Below, piece by piece: positions 53,118 through 64,000 of a DNA stretch of 64,000 nucleotides. The stretch lies in the NCBI GenBank assembly GCA_937625935.1, contig OW569350.1:372001-436000 (forward strand), in the 5' to 3' direction. The notes beneath the pieces are model-generated. The model worked only from the letters and a program-made list of their open reading frames with translations, made no database searches and was not told the origin of the DNA. The stretch comes from Tetramitus jugosus (Eukaryota; Protista; Heterolobosea). Position numbers and translations under genes: made by a program. The first letter of the stretch is position 1. Each line of letters starts with the position of its first letter.

Positions 53118-55777
53118 CTACACCAGTTCGATTTCTATCGGCTTTCGGTGCCTCTCTGTGCTTTCGTCAGCTGGTTTTACATCACTCTCTTGGGTAGGCT
53201 CTATGTCCTTATGTGCTCTGTACCGTCTTCTTTGCGAACGTGAAACCCAGTCAATCAACCTCCTGAAAGGGTTTCGCTTCTCTGTGTTCATCGGAATACC
53301 AACTAACCGATCACTGGCAATCACTTCAAACGGCAGAGGAACCTCTCGAATTAGTCGATAATGTTCACAATTTGTCAAATGTTCATTCTCGAGTCTGAAT
53401 ATGTTCCACACGATTCTTCTGAGAATCTCTACTATTACCACGGTGAAAATAAGCCAGTCGACAGATCGAAGATGAACGTAAGTTCTGAGTAAATAGCTGA
53501 CTAACCACATGAAACGCATCATGCAATTCAAAACAGCTGCCACATAATACCAAATAGGACGGAATAATAATTCAGGGCGAAGCAGAGTCTTGCAGAATCT
53601 GTATCTTGACTCCTTGTCATCCCAGTACATAATTAACGACCAATCCATAACAATATCCCAAAAACATTTGTACAATGTACTGACAATATTGACGCTCAAC
53701 CAAACATAAGTAACAATTACTTTTGTGTGACCTGTCGTGAAAGCTCTCTGAACAAAAGCGATGAGGATTACCACGATACACAAAAAATACTTCAGAAAAT
53801 TGAACAGTTGAGTCTTTTGTTTCGAGTCATAGTAACGCCTAAAATGAGCATAAGTATAAGTGGTTGAAATATAATCGCGAACATCCATTCAGAAACCACA
53901 TACCGTAAGCATTGCATGGCACGCGCATAGAATGGGAAAATGTTCAAAACTGGAACACCTAATTGCTGTGTCTTCAGACAAGCATCATGGACTAAAGAGA
54001 ACACATTAGTATCAAACTGGAAAAGATACATCTAGGTATTAATCAGAAAGGAGAATTCATACATGCAGAGTGTTCAAGTCCCATCTCATCCGTGAATGCA
54101 CAGGCAATAAACTGAAGTTCAAACAGTGTGTCAGCCAGTGATGTCAGTTGATCACCCATCCAAAAATCAGTAAATGGTACTTTGAAGAATGGTGCGAGCG
54201 AGATTCGAGTGAGTGTACCCATTAACCAGAATCGTATCTCTCCAAACAAGTACTTTCGGCTTGGCAAGAAAAACCAGATGAATAGAACACCATATAAGAC
54301 AACAGGATGAATCCATGATAAGTCATGGAAATTGAGTTGACCCCGATCCTGCATCACAACAAACCACATGTAAAGTACTGCACTCGTGCATAATAAACAA
54401 TATGAAAATAAACCAAATTGCAAAAATCTCCACTTTGATAAATGAGTCGAAGGTGGGAAATCGAATATATAAACGTAATTAATTCTCGATCGGTTCCATA
54501 TGCGAACATTAAATGCAATTCCCAGAGCCATCACGGTCGGATAAAAATATATTCGGTACATGTACAAGCTAGCGTCATCCAATGTGTAATTGTTAGTTTG
54601 ATATTCTTCCCATTTGTCAGACATTATCAGATACATACCTCATGCTCGAAAAATATGGAAAGCTTTTCATTTGTGCATATGCAGTGAAATAGTAGATGAC
54701 CACAATGAGTGACAGTAATCCAGCTATACCCGTAAGTATTCCGGTAGTATAACCCGCAAATGACTCTCCATAATCCACTTGGTTGACCAACCGGAGTTGT
54801 TTCTTCGCTTCCGATGGATCATTAGGATAAAGCTCGTCTGTAACAATCGTCCTACAATCATCAATCAACTCTTGCACATGAGAATGTGTCATAAAAGAGG
54901 CATAGTTCAGTTGATTCGCTACAATTTCTCTCTGCAATAGGGTTCCATGCAATGTACGATCAAATTTGTGACACAAGTGGACAATGGCAGCCTGATTTAC
55001 TGTCCTATAATTTAACAACAAGTTCAAGAATCTGTAATGCTCAATAAATGCCTCACGGAGCATCTCCAACTGCCTCTTTCGCGCCAACAACCCCTCATCC
55101 TTCTTCGTGCGGAAAACTTTGATCTGTTCCAACAATGCGTCATGCTTTTTGGTTAACTCTGCATCCTTTCGCTCAAAAAACTCATTCATCTTTCGAATTT
55201 CAATAATCATCAACTCCTGGAACCGATCGACTTGATACTGGCAGATTGCCACTCTCATTGCATGAATCGAACTATCCCTGCCCGTCCTCTCTGTCGACGA
55301 CGTGTTCACCAACGTATGCAAATTGCTCAATGTCCTAATAATAGAGAAGGAAGTGCTATCACCGCCTGTAGCTGAGCGATTCTTTTTACCATCGCTACTA
55401 CTTGCATTATCAACTGTATTCGCACCAAAAGTAACCAACTTTTTTCGAGGATGATTCTGATGAGGATGAGAACCATCTGAATCATAGGTGACAACATCTG
55501 AGCTCTCATCCAAATGTTCATCCATATGATGATGAGCATGCTCGTGAGACTCTATAGGATCTCTTGTTGAGCTTGTTGTCATGGTAGTCGCATGGAGAGC
55601 ACTACCACTACTCTCATCATGTAGTTCATTGTTAAAGGTCAATGGTGAAGAACTGCCCGTCACATCAAACAACTGCTTCTTTGCAAGGTGAATCAGCTCG
55701 TTGAACTTTGCATAATCCAAGAAGAAGGATTTCCACTCTGGTGTGAGCAAATGCTCAAACTTGTCTCCAAAATTCAT
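53118..55777 (-). CDS. XPR1: SPX-EXS phosphate exporter (XPR1/SYG1/PHO1 family); introns 54569-54638, 53992-54062, 53839-53903
   Basis: SPX MNFG...PEWKSFFLDY, LLNYRTVN; EXS INYVYIF, DFWMGDQLTS, QCLRRYYD, WDIVMDW, RRIVWNIFRLENEH. All introns join in frame. Confidence 0.93.
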
Positions 55778-55968
55778 CAACTAACGTATTAGAAAACAAA
55801 GAGATTGATTGTTTGAGATGATATCTTGTTTTGTTGTTGTGGCGAAAGTGTTGGGTGAGGTGTGAACGTTTCAAACATCAGGAGAATCTTTTCGAGAGTT
55901 TGGGCAAAAATACGCGTTTTTTTGGCCTCTATCGGATGGGCGGGAACTGCAAGGCGAGTTTTGTGTGT

Positions 55969-57609
55969 TTACAATAAATGTTTCACATGACACAAAGACT
56001 CGGTCAGGACGTCGAGTTGACTGGCCTTGTACTGAAGAGCAATCATTTCGTTCTCTGTGAGGCTGGCTTGATCGTTTGTGGAATCTGCGTTGAGCATGTT
56101 GATCAGTGCATCCAAGGTCACTTGAAGAGTCTGCACGACAATATCATCATTGGATTTGGGTGTGAATGGAGTCCATTTTGCTCCCTTCAGTGCTCGTTTG
56201 AGCTCCTGCTCATTCATTAAGGCAATCCGAAGAGCTGCAATCATCTTACTGGGGATAGGTCCCTTGTGGAAGAAGTGATCCAGAGAGAGGTGGAACTTTT
56301 TGAGCAGAGCCAATTTTTGATCTTGAATCTTCTGCGAATCAGTCTCTGGCATCTCAAAATCAATATAGTATCGATCATAAGTATTGTTCTGTGTAATGAA
56401 TCCATAGTATTGCAAAAGTTCTCTATTTGAGTACGGACCGTAGCAAATGAACAACTGGTCGCCCTTCTTTACATTTGCAAAGGTTTTCAATTGGAATGCA
56501 TCCAATTCTGCGATATATGATCCCTTGGACTCCAATTGAGGATATGGGAATGTGTTGACAAAATCGACAAACGGCAGCATGCAACATCCCATATCTCGGA
56601 ACGAGAAGGCTCGTGTATCAACAATGGCACGAGTCCACACCAAATTCTCATACGTAAATACATCTTGCTTGAACACATCTGGAAAATGTTCAAACAGAAC
56701 TGGGAATATGGAATCATGGAAATCCTTGAGTTGATCCTTTGTTTGCATTACCTCGATGTACAATGGCGTACCTTGTAACCTCTCTAGTGCTTCATCAGAA
56801 AAGTATAGTGGATAAGTAGGCAAAGTCTGAGGTAAAATATCGAAATAGGGTTTCCATTTCGTATCAGGATTACCCTTCTCATACATGATAAACAACGTTA
56901 TTAAACTGTCCTCATCAAGTTGCAACTCCTCCTTTAATCGAACAAAAATAGGACCGACAGATTCTGATTCCAATGCAGTCTTCACACACAGCAATAACTT
57001 TCTTGAAATTGTAATAATCACTTGATCGTTCGCCAAATCTTCAACAGCAGCCAATCCCTTACCGAAACATTCAAAGTCAGCAACAGCAACCTTTGAATGC
57101 TCAATCTGATTTTCATTTGCCCACTCCAAAAACTTTTTCATTCGCTTTTCTTCCATTGAATCTTCGCTGGCATCATTGCTGTTCACAATGACATGCTTTG
57201 GTTGATTTTGAGTCACAAACAACGTATAATGATCCACGACGCTCTGATAACATCTTTTCAAGATGTTTACTTCGTTTTCATCGCGTTGTTCCTCAGTCTT
57301 CATCATAGCACTCAAGTGTCTCTTCAAAAACAAAAAGGATCGCATTTCATTGTAGGCCGAAATGATTTGTTTCTTTGGATTCATTTTCTCTGCTTCAAAA
57401 AAATAAAGCTCAATATCGGTCATGTGACACACTCTCACAGCGCACAACAAATCTTCGGAAAGGTCATTCTGGTGTTCGTCAGAGGAGTCACCGCCAATGA
57501 CTTGTTTCTCGTGACCAACTTTGAATTTTTGCAGAATTTGAGTCTTTTGGGCTACAATGGACTCATCTTCGTCCTCAATTGGGATACTGATAAAAATGGG
57601 CTTTGGCAT
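55969..57609 (-). CDS. SET-domain methyltransferase, Rubisco-LSMT/SETD3-like
   Basis: GKGL, WKPYFDILP, TRAF, LPFVDFVN, YGPYSNRELLQYYGF. Confidence 0.9.
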   Translation of the reverse strand: MPKPIFISIPIEDEDESIVAQKTQILQKFKVGHEKQVIGGDSSDEHQNDLSEDLLCAVRVCHMTDIELYFFEAEKMNPKKQIISAYNEMRSFLFLKRHLSAMMKTEEQRDENEVNILKRCYQSVVDHYTLFVTQNQPKHVIVNSNDASEDSMEEKRMKKFLEWANENQIEHSKVAVADFECFGKGLAAVEDLANDQVIITISRKLLLCVKTALESESVGPIFVRLKEELQLDEDSLITLFIMYEKGNPDTKWKPYFDILPQTLPTYPLYFSDEALERLQGTPLYIEVMQTKDQLKDFHDSIFPVLFEHFPDVFKQDVFTYENLVWTRAIVDTRAFSFRDMGCCMLPFVDFVNTFPYPQLESKGSYIAELDAFQLKTFANVKKGDQLFICYGPYSNRELLQYYGFITQNNTYDRYYIDFEMPETDSQKIQDQKLALLKKFHLSLDHFFHKGPIPSKMIAALRIALMNEQELKRALKGAKWTPFTPKSNDDIVVQTLQVTLDALINMLNADSTNDQASLTENEMIALQYKASQLDVLTESLCHVKHLL

Positions 57610-57893
57610 ATCACAGTGGCTTTTTTGTTGGTGGTACTGGCATGTTTTTGTGTGAAATTTCTCCTATTTCGATGAAGTTTCAATTTTCCATCTTCCAATC
57701 CGCTACGAAAACTGCGGATTAGACTCGTTGGGATGAAACGGTGTCGCGCGTTCACATCAGAGAATATCGCGCAAAGCTGTCTCAGAACTTTTACGTGGCA
57801 GTGAACGCGAGAAAACTCAAAAGCAAATTTCCACGAGCACAATTGAAAACTCTGTTGACTTACTAACGACTCTTACCCTTCCACACACTAAAA

Positions 57894-59504
57894 ATGTTGT
57901 CGGAGCAACCCCATCGTGAAAGAGAAGAAGCTGCTGAAAATGAGGATGACTTTACCATTGTCATTGACCCCATGGACGTGGTCGTTCAGCACAATGACAA
58001 CCACTCTTTCATTGAGTCTCAATTAGATGGATACGACTACGACTACAATGATCTTCATTCTGTGGATCTACAACTGGACTCTATTGTCGTGTTGAAACCG
58101 AACCATCCAGAGAACTTTGATTGTTCTTTGTCGTCATCATTGTCACATCATGGAGAAGAAGGCAGTAGGGACGATTCTAAATTTCTGTACTATAAGGTTC
58201 CATATGTGGCTTCACTGGAAGAGACATCGACTCTGACAAAGAGTGAAAGTCTTACTTCGATCAGTTCAAATTCTTCCAGTACCGATCGAGTCAATCGAAG
58301 GATCAGTATCGAAGGAATATCTGTATCCAGGAGATCTTCCATTTCGTTGCCTCGGAGAGGTATGGAATTTAGAGTTCGGTCAGCGTCCAACTCTTCCTCT
58401 CTCGAGTACTTTGATATGGAATCGAAACAGTGGATCTCTTGTGATCGAACTCTTTCTTCAGGTGGTCTGTCGGGACCATCATCATCAGAAATTAATACTT
58501 CATTGAAAGTGCATTTCGAAAGTGAAGAAATAGTGAGCAGTAATGAAAAGGACGTTGATCTTCCTCTACCAAAGTTCACAACTGTTTTGAAGGAAATTGG
58601 TATCATATGGGGTACCTTTTTATTGGTTGCTGTATTTATTTTGTTGGCTGCAGTGCCAATTTGTTACATAGAATCTAAGAATGAGAGGCAGGTCAATGGT
58701 AAAATAACGAAATGGACCTACGGAAACGCCATATACTTTACTATTACGACTGTTTGTACGATAGGATACGGAGACATGGCTCCAGCAACTGAAGGAGGAA
58801 GAATTTATGTCGTATTTATGTGCTTCTTTGGTATGGGAGTCGTGGCAGCATTACTTGTCTTGCTAGGAACATCAGTTATGAATGCTGCCCAAGGAATCAT
58901 TATCTTAATTGTGAAAGGCATTCGGGAGGCGATAATATGGTCCTGTCTGCGCTTGAGTCGAGATTTTGAAAGAGGCCATAAACTAAGAGAGAAAAGAGTG
59001 TTGAAAGCTCTGGTCAGTCGGAAAGCTCATATCGTGTTTCAAGTAGTAGCTATCATTGCCTATGCACTTGCAAGTGCTTTCCTATTCTCCATATTTGAGC
59101 AATGGAGTTACATAGACAGCTTCTATTTTACCTTTGTCACACTAGCTACGATTGGATATGGAGATTATACACCTCAAACATTCGGAGGGCGAGTTTTCTT
59201 TTGTTTATTTGTCTTGATTGGATTTGGTCTGCTTGCTATCCTAGTTGGTATGATTGGAAAGTATGCTATCGAAAAGATGCAAGAGAGGATAGAAAAGATT
59301 AAGATGCAATCACGTGTGGCGTTCGAAATGATAGAAAAGTTGAAGAACTCAGGTCCACTCGTGATTGGTCCAAACGGAGAAGAGATGAGGCGATCCCGTC
59401 TCTCTCTGGACTTACCTAGACCCCGTTTGTCCATTGATTTTCCAAGTATGATGAAAAGAAGTCCTTCCCTTGCCCTTTTTGACAAAGTCACAGGATACAG
59501 ATAA
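57894..59504 (+). CDS. Two-pore-domain (4TM/2P) potassium channel
   Basis: Two pore loops, TVCTIGYGD and TLATIGYGD, each flanked by TM helices. Confidence 0.93.
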   Translation: MLSEQPHREREEAAENEDDFTIVIDPMDVVVQHNDNHSFIESQLDGYDYDYNDLHSVDLQLDSIVVLKPNHPENFDCSLSSSLSHHGEEGSRDDSKFLYYKVPYVASLEETSTLTKSESLTSISSNSSSTDRVNRRISIEGISVSRRSSISLPRRGMEFRVRSASNSSSLEYFDMESKQWISCDRTLSSGGLSGPSSSEINTSLKVHFESEEIVSSNEKDVDLPLPKFTTVLKEIGIIWGTFLLVAVFILLAAVPICYIESKNERQVNGKITKWTYGNAIYFTITTVCTIGYGDMAPATEGGRIYVVFMCFFGMGVVAALLVLLGTSVMNAAQGIIILIVKGIREAIIWSCLRLSRDFERGHKLREKRVLKALVSRKAHIVFQVVAIIAYALASAFLFSIFEQWSYIDSFYFTFVTLATIGYGDYTPQTFGGRVFFCLFVLIGFGLLAILVGMIGKYAIEKMQERIEKIKMQSRVAFEMIEKLKNSGPLVIGPNGEEMRRSRLSLDLPRPRLSIDFPSMMKRSPSLALFDKVTGYR

Positions 59505-59777
59505 TGGATTATATTTTATTAACTTAGATAGAACACTGCTATTATCTTTTCTCTTTTTGAGGAATCAAACACCGATCTGGTTCCTTAGTCTAAAACTATT
59601 GTTGCACAGATCGCTTCTCATAGAGATTTCACACTTTGCCAAGTATGAAGGAGGATCCAACTCCGATTCTACAAAAGTCCACCTTCAAATACAACCCCAA
59701 TCCATCAAACCAAAAAAGTTCACCCCATGCATCTCAAATAAAATTGAAAAAAACAATTGTGAAAAAACAACAACAAA

Positions 59778-60632
59778 ATGGTTCTCTACAAACTACCACT
59801 ATCCAAAGCATCCAGACTCCTCACAGCCTCCCTCATTGACAAAACCAAACAATCATTCATCACAGCCTTCTCACTCTACTCGTTCGATGCACCCAAACTC
59901 ACTCCTGTTCACCAATTCAATCAACCATCAAAGCTCAACCTGTGGACCATGATCACTGACACCATTTTCGGTGGAAGCAGCACGTGTAGACTCGGATTCA
60001 CTGAAAATCAAACTTTTCTGTTCAGTGGAGAATTGTGTGGACCGTTGCAGTCGCATGCAATGAAACAAGTGGGTGGAAATCATGTGCCCAACCAGATTAT
60101 ACTCAACTCTTTTTGTCGCATGTGGTACATTTATGTGGGATTTCACAAGGACCTCAGTGATTTTAGTGGATTGAGAATTACGTTTCGCATTTTGAATAAC
60201 AACAACAACAACAATAGTAATGGTGAAGAAAATGATAGTCAAGATTACGAAGAAGTGAAAAATAGGACAAAAAGCGCAGAATTGAAGGATTTTCAATGTC
60301 AATTGCAGCATCATGACTTTATGGATGACTTGTTCTTTTATTGCCCCTTCCATTTCAATTCGGAGAAACAAGTGATCAAGGATGAAGAGACGGGAGAGGA
60401 ATGGATCAGTATTCGACTGCCGTTTGATCGATTTGCGTTGAACAAGATGGGCACAGAGTTGGGAGTGAGTGGTGATTGGATCAAGGGTGAAACGATATCG
60501 GATACGGACTTTTTGAAATTTGCGAGAAATGAGTCAGTTCCGGTGCAGGATGTGGTGAGCCTTGGTGTCGGTGTCTCATCCAATCAGAGGTCAAACTTTT
60601 CGATTGAATTGAAGCAAATTGAGGCATATTGA
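59778..60632 (+). CDS. NDUFAF1: Complex I assembly factor CIA30-like
   Basis: WTMITDTIFGGSS, FSGEL, DLSDFSGLRI, WISIRLPFDRF, FSIELKQIEAY; presequence-like N-terminus. Confidence 0.75.
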   Translation: MVLYKLPLSKASRLLTASLIDKTKQSFITAFSLYSFDAPKLTPVHQFNQPSKLNLWTMITDTIFGGSSTCRLGFTENQTFLFSGELCGPLQSHAMKQVGGNHVPNQIILNSFCRMWYIYVGFHKDLSDFSGLRITFRILNNNNNNNSNGEENDSQDYEEVKNRTKSAELKDFQCQLQHHDFMDDLFFYCPFHFNSEKQVIKDEETGEEWISIRLPFDRFALNKMGTELGVSGDWIKGETISDTDFLKFARNESVPVQDVVSLGVGVSSNQRSNFSIELKQIEAY

Positions 60633-60735
60633 GTCCTGTAGTTTATTTCAAATAAATTAGTTTGAGACTTTGGTCGAATACAACTAAGTGAGAAACTTAG
60701 TTCATTGTTGTTTCATCATCTGATGATTGATTTTA

Positions 60736-61662
60736 TTAGAATGATGGTTGATCAAAGATTGTTTGCATAGAAACTGCGAGTCTGATACTTGCTGCAGCCA
60801 ATCTCTGAAGAATAATTGGCATATTCTCATCATAGTATGCTTGAGTCACACGCTTGTTCACTCTATCAAAGTTCAGCGCATGAGCCTTGGAAGCATCCAA
60901 TGACTCCTGTGCCCAGTTCAATGGATTCATATCTGCTCCATACTTTTTTACCATTGCCGGGTTGCTACGAATCATGTCGTACACATCGTTGGCAACACCC
61001 AAGAAATCAGAGTGACCTCTCAACTGTTTATAGAAAGTGATCATGGTCGTATCCCAGACTGAATGAATAGCAACATTATCTCGATTCAACACAGTAGTGC
61101 CCTGCTTGAACTCTACTTGACACTTTTGAGCTGCAGAGTTTCCTCCAATTGGAAAATCATTATTGCCTGCTGCGTGCAATGGTTGATGCACGTCGCCAGT
61201 AAAGTGAATGACGTTAGCTAATGGACAAGGAACTGGTTTGATTTCATCACTACCTGGAGTCAATGGATAAGGTGGACACAAGGAAGAAGGCAAGGTCAAA
61301 TTTGGGTCACTGTTCACAATAGATGTCAAGTGATGAGTATAGTTGTGAATGGCAGCAACAATGCAGAACTTTGGTTCGGTACAGTCTCTCTTGAGGTCAA
61401 TCTTGGTGTGATCGCCAATGACGTTGAGGAAATGGTAGGAAGAGGACCATTTACCATTTGGTGCGTGACCAAAGTCATCATTAATGGCAGCCAATGTGTC
61501 AATTGGATATCCTTCCATCATGGCATCGACCTTTGTTCGGGCATTCTTTGAAAGGAGACGATAGGCAACGTTAGCCACGGTTTTATGACCATCGAAACCC
61601 CAGCACAACACGTGACTCAGCAAGACACTGCACAATAAGCACAAGACGAAAAGAACTTTCAT
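60736..61662 (-). CDS. S1/P1 nuclease, secreted
   Basis: Signal peptide then WGFDGH, HFTGDVHQPLH, IHSVWD. Confidence 0.93.
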   Translation of the reverse strand: MKVLFVLCLLCSVLLSHVLCWGFDGHKTVANVAYRLLSKNARTKVDAMMEGYPIDTLAAINDDFGHAPNGKWSSSYHFLNVIGDHTKIDLKRDCTEPKFCIVAAIHNYTHHLTSIVNSDPNLTLPSSLCPPYPLTPGSDEIKPVPCPLANVIHFTGDVHQPLHAAGNNDFPIGGNSAAQKCQVEFKQGTTVLNRDNVAIHSVWDTTMITFYKQLRGHSDFLGVANDVYDMIRSNPAMVKKYGADMNPLNWAQESLDASKAHALNFDRVNKRVTQAYYDENMPIILQRLAAASIRLAVSMQTIFDQPSF

Positions 61663-61785
61663 ATTTTGTTTTTCTCGGATGTTTTCATGTTGGAACTCGG
61701 AGAATTCAGTCAAATGGATGGAACAGTAAAAAAGTCCTTTACGATTTTGTGACAGCTGGTTGACTGTGTATGGTAAGGAAGAATG

Positions 61786-62586
61786 TTAGAAATGTCGGGA
61801 AGAGGGTCTGTTGATCAGGGAGAAGAATTCACTCCTGGTTCTAGGGTCATCAGCAAACACACCCACTACACTGCTCGTAATTGTCTCTGATGATGTCTTT
61901 TCAATGCCTCGCATCATCATACACATGTGTTTTGCCTCTACGACCACTGCGACACCTAGTGGCTTCAAAATTTCATCGATAGCCTGACAAATCTGCTTTG
62001 TGAGTCTCTCCTGAACTTGCAATCGTCTACAGAACACTTCTGCAATTCGTGCGAGCTTACTCAGACCCAGAACTCTCCCATTTGGAATATAACCAATGTG
62101 CACCTTGCCCACAAACGGTACCAAATGATGTTCACACAGAGAAAACAGCTCAATGTCCTTTACAATCACCATTTCTTGATGATCCTCGTTGAACACACCA
62201 TCTCCCACCACTTCTTCCACACTTTCATAGTAACCCTTTGTGAAATACATGAGTGCTTTGGCTGCACGATCTGGTGTCTTCAACAGACCTTCTCTGTTTA
62301 CATCTTCGCCGACGTGCTGTAAAATTTGGCGGTAACAATCGGAGATGTCTTGCTGGACCTGAGCTGGAGGTGATTCTAATCTGTCCTGATAAATCTTGCG
62401 CGATACACTGAGTGAGCCATGTGTCTCTGGCAGATAGCCTTCACGTTTTTCGGGGTACGGTATTACTCCGACTCTGGATTGTTCCTCTACTGGATCCTGT
62501 TCTTGTTCTTGTTGTTGTTGTTGGGATAGATTATTATTATTAGGCATTTCGTTGTTGTTATTGGATTCTTGTTGTTGTGTGCTCAT
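61786..62586 (-). CDS. GCH1: GTP cyclohydrolase I
   Basis: [50 protein letters not shown]. Likely ATG at 62586. Confidence 0.97.
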   Translation of the reverse strand: MSTQQQESNNNNEMPNNNNLSQQQQQEQEQDPVEEQSRVGVIPYPEKREGYLPETHGSLSVSRKIYQDRLESPPAQVQQDISDCYRQILQHVGEDVNREGLLKTPDRAAKALMYFTKGYYESVEEVVGDGVFNEDHQEMVIVKDIELFSLCEHHLVPFVGKVHIGYIPNGRVLGLSKLARIAEVFCRRLQVQERLTKQICQAIDEILKPLGVAVVVEAKHMCMMMRGIEKTSSETITSSVVGVFADDPRTRSEFFSLINRPSSRHF

Positions 62587-62663
62587 CTTGTTTTCATGCT
62601 GCTGGATCCTGGACAAATTGATCCTTCGGGTTTTCTTTGTGTTCGGAGATGCGGGGATATTCA

Positions 62664-62713
62664 TTTGGCGCCCAAAAAAACTGTTTGGGAGTGAAAAGAT
62701 GAAGCCCGCCAAA
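62664..62713. promoter_or_regulatory. Two E2F-consensus sites (TTTGGCGC; CCCGCCAAA) in the GCH1/CHAF1B divergent promoter
   Basis: Both match TTTSSCGS, on opposite strands, about 60-110 nt upstream of an S-phase gene. Confidence 0.5.
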
Positions 62714-62775
62714 AAAAGTCAAGGAAAACCCAAACTTTTGAAAATTGCTCATATCGACCCATTCAGGCTCTATTC

Positions 62776-63988
62776 ATGAAGTACACATTCTTTCACGACT
62801 CTTATGTGAAAGGCAGTGGTTTTGAGCCATTACGACCTTCTCCATGTATGAGTGTCGACTATTTCCCAGTGACCAAGCCCACATCATTGAGTGAGAGCAG
62901 CACGACGTACAGGGTTGCCACTGCAGTCATGTCTGAGAATGTGAAAATCTGGGATTTTTGCGAAGACGATGCGTCTAAAACAAGAGCTTCTGAGAATGGT
63001 GATGTTGCAATGGATGGCACCAAGGATTCTTCAGCCTCAACATCATCTGACGAACACTTGAGTCTAAAGTTTCAGTTAGTAGCCGAGTTGGTGCCCAGTT
63101 CCGAATGTAAAACGATTAATATTGTTCGTTGGTCGCCTGATGGATTGTTTCTGGCTACTGGCTGTTCGAGTGGCCATGTTTTGATATGGAAGAGACACAG
63201 ATTCTTGTTGCCAGAAGAGAAGGCAGGCAATATAGAGCAGGAAGGCAATGAGAATGAGACAATTGATCCATCATTGCGCCCATCTGAGCTCTGGCGAGTC
63301 CACAAAACATTTAAGAATCATGAAATTGATGTTTTGGATCTAGCATGGTCACCACCTATGCTGGACACTACAGGAACCGTGTATAGTCTATTAACTGTTG
63401 TTTCATTTGACAACAAGGTTTCAGTTGTGAATCCAGCGGCTGGTGAGACTGTTCAGGAGTTTAAGGGTGCACAAAGGTATCACAAGAGCCCAGTTCAAGG
63501 CTGTGCATGGGATCCTTGGGGTAGTTTCTTTGCGACACAGTCATGCGATCGGACAGCTCGTCTTTTTAATTGCAACCAGAGATCGTACGCATTGCAACAA
63601 CCCACTTCAAACTCTCGCCTCATTGATGACAATGTGTTCACCATTGGCCCAATTATGAAAAAGTGTGAATTTAGTGAGGTTCAATTCCTTCCAAAGGAGA
63701 AATGCACAGACGACAACCTGAAACGTAATTTCCTGCTATTCAAGGAAGAGAACTCAAAGATTCATAACCGAAGATTGGATGTCGCTCCTGATGGCTCTAT
63801 CCTAGTTGTCCCGGCAGGTCAATTTCCGAATGTGGAAGTATTCCAAGAATCTGGAGGAAAGAAGGTTGAATATCAAGACGTAATCTTTACATTTATTCGA
63901 AACAACTGGAAGAGTCCTCGAACTGTTCACCCTGGACATAATTACCCTGTTACTGGTGTCAGGTTCTCGCCTGTACTATACAAGAAGG
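62776..63988 (+). CDS. CHAF1B: Chromatin assembly factor 1 subunit B (WD40), 5' part; continues past a donor at 63989
   Basis: INIVRWSPDG, DVLDLAWS, VQGCAWDPWGSFFATQSCDRT, RRLDVAPDGSILVVPAG, VRFSPVLY. Confidence 0.85.
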
Positions 63989-64000
63989 GTATGTGAATGA

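Noticed and set aside
11830-61662. Possible phosphate-scavenging cluster (PHOSPHO-like, SDT1-like, SPX-EXS, S1/P1 nuclease)
   Set aside because: The genes are spread over 50 kb among unrelated genes and I saw no shared motif.
1-64000. CRISPR arrays, rRNA, prokaryotic operons, viral genes or a non-standard genetic code
   Set aside because: None seen. Conserved genes translate intact in the standard code, with TAA, TAG and TGA all used as stops.

Overview
Gene-dense, intron-poor eukaryotic (protist) nuclear DNA read in the standard genetic code. Introns are short (about 65-185 nt) with GTATGT/GTAAGT...YAG ends. The BTB/F-box/RCC1 content, occluding-loop-less cathepsin B and compact layout resemble heteroloboseans (Naegleria/Acrasis-like), but this taxonomy is only an inference. 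There are about 38 protein genes, mostly housekeeping (MMS19, ARF, RRP4, PI4KB, transaldolase, CHD1L, GTF3C1, XPR1-like, GCH1, CHAF1B). There are also two intact tRNAs (Ser-TGA, Pro-TGG) and a decayed initiator tRNA-Met. Two accessory zones stand out. The first (15.8-29.5 kb) is a cluster of cullin-adaptor genes containing a tandem pair of ~95-nt repeats that fold on the minus strand and end in oligo-T; this candidate new small ncRNA is the best lead. The second (42.7-46.1 kb) is an island of gene debris: an RCC1 pseudogene, a 5'-truncated LINE with a hairpin-rich 3' end, an orphan kinase-like ORF and a collapsed F-BAR/SH3-SH3 pseudogene. All family calls come from motif recognition by eye; no searches were run.
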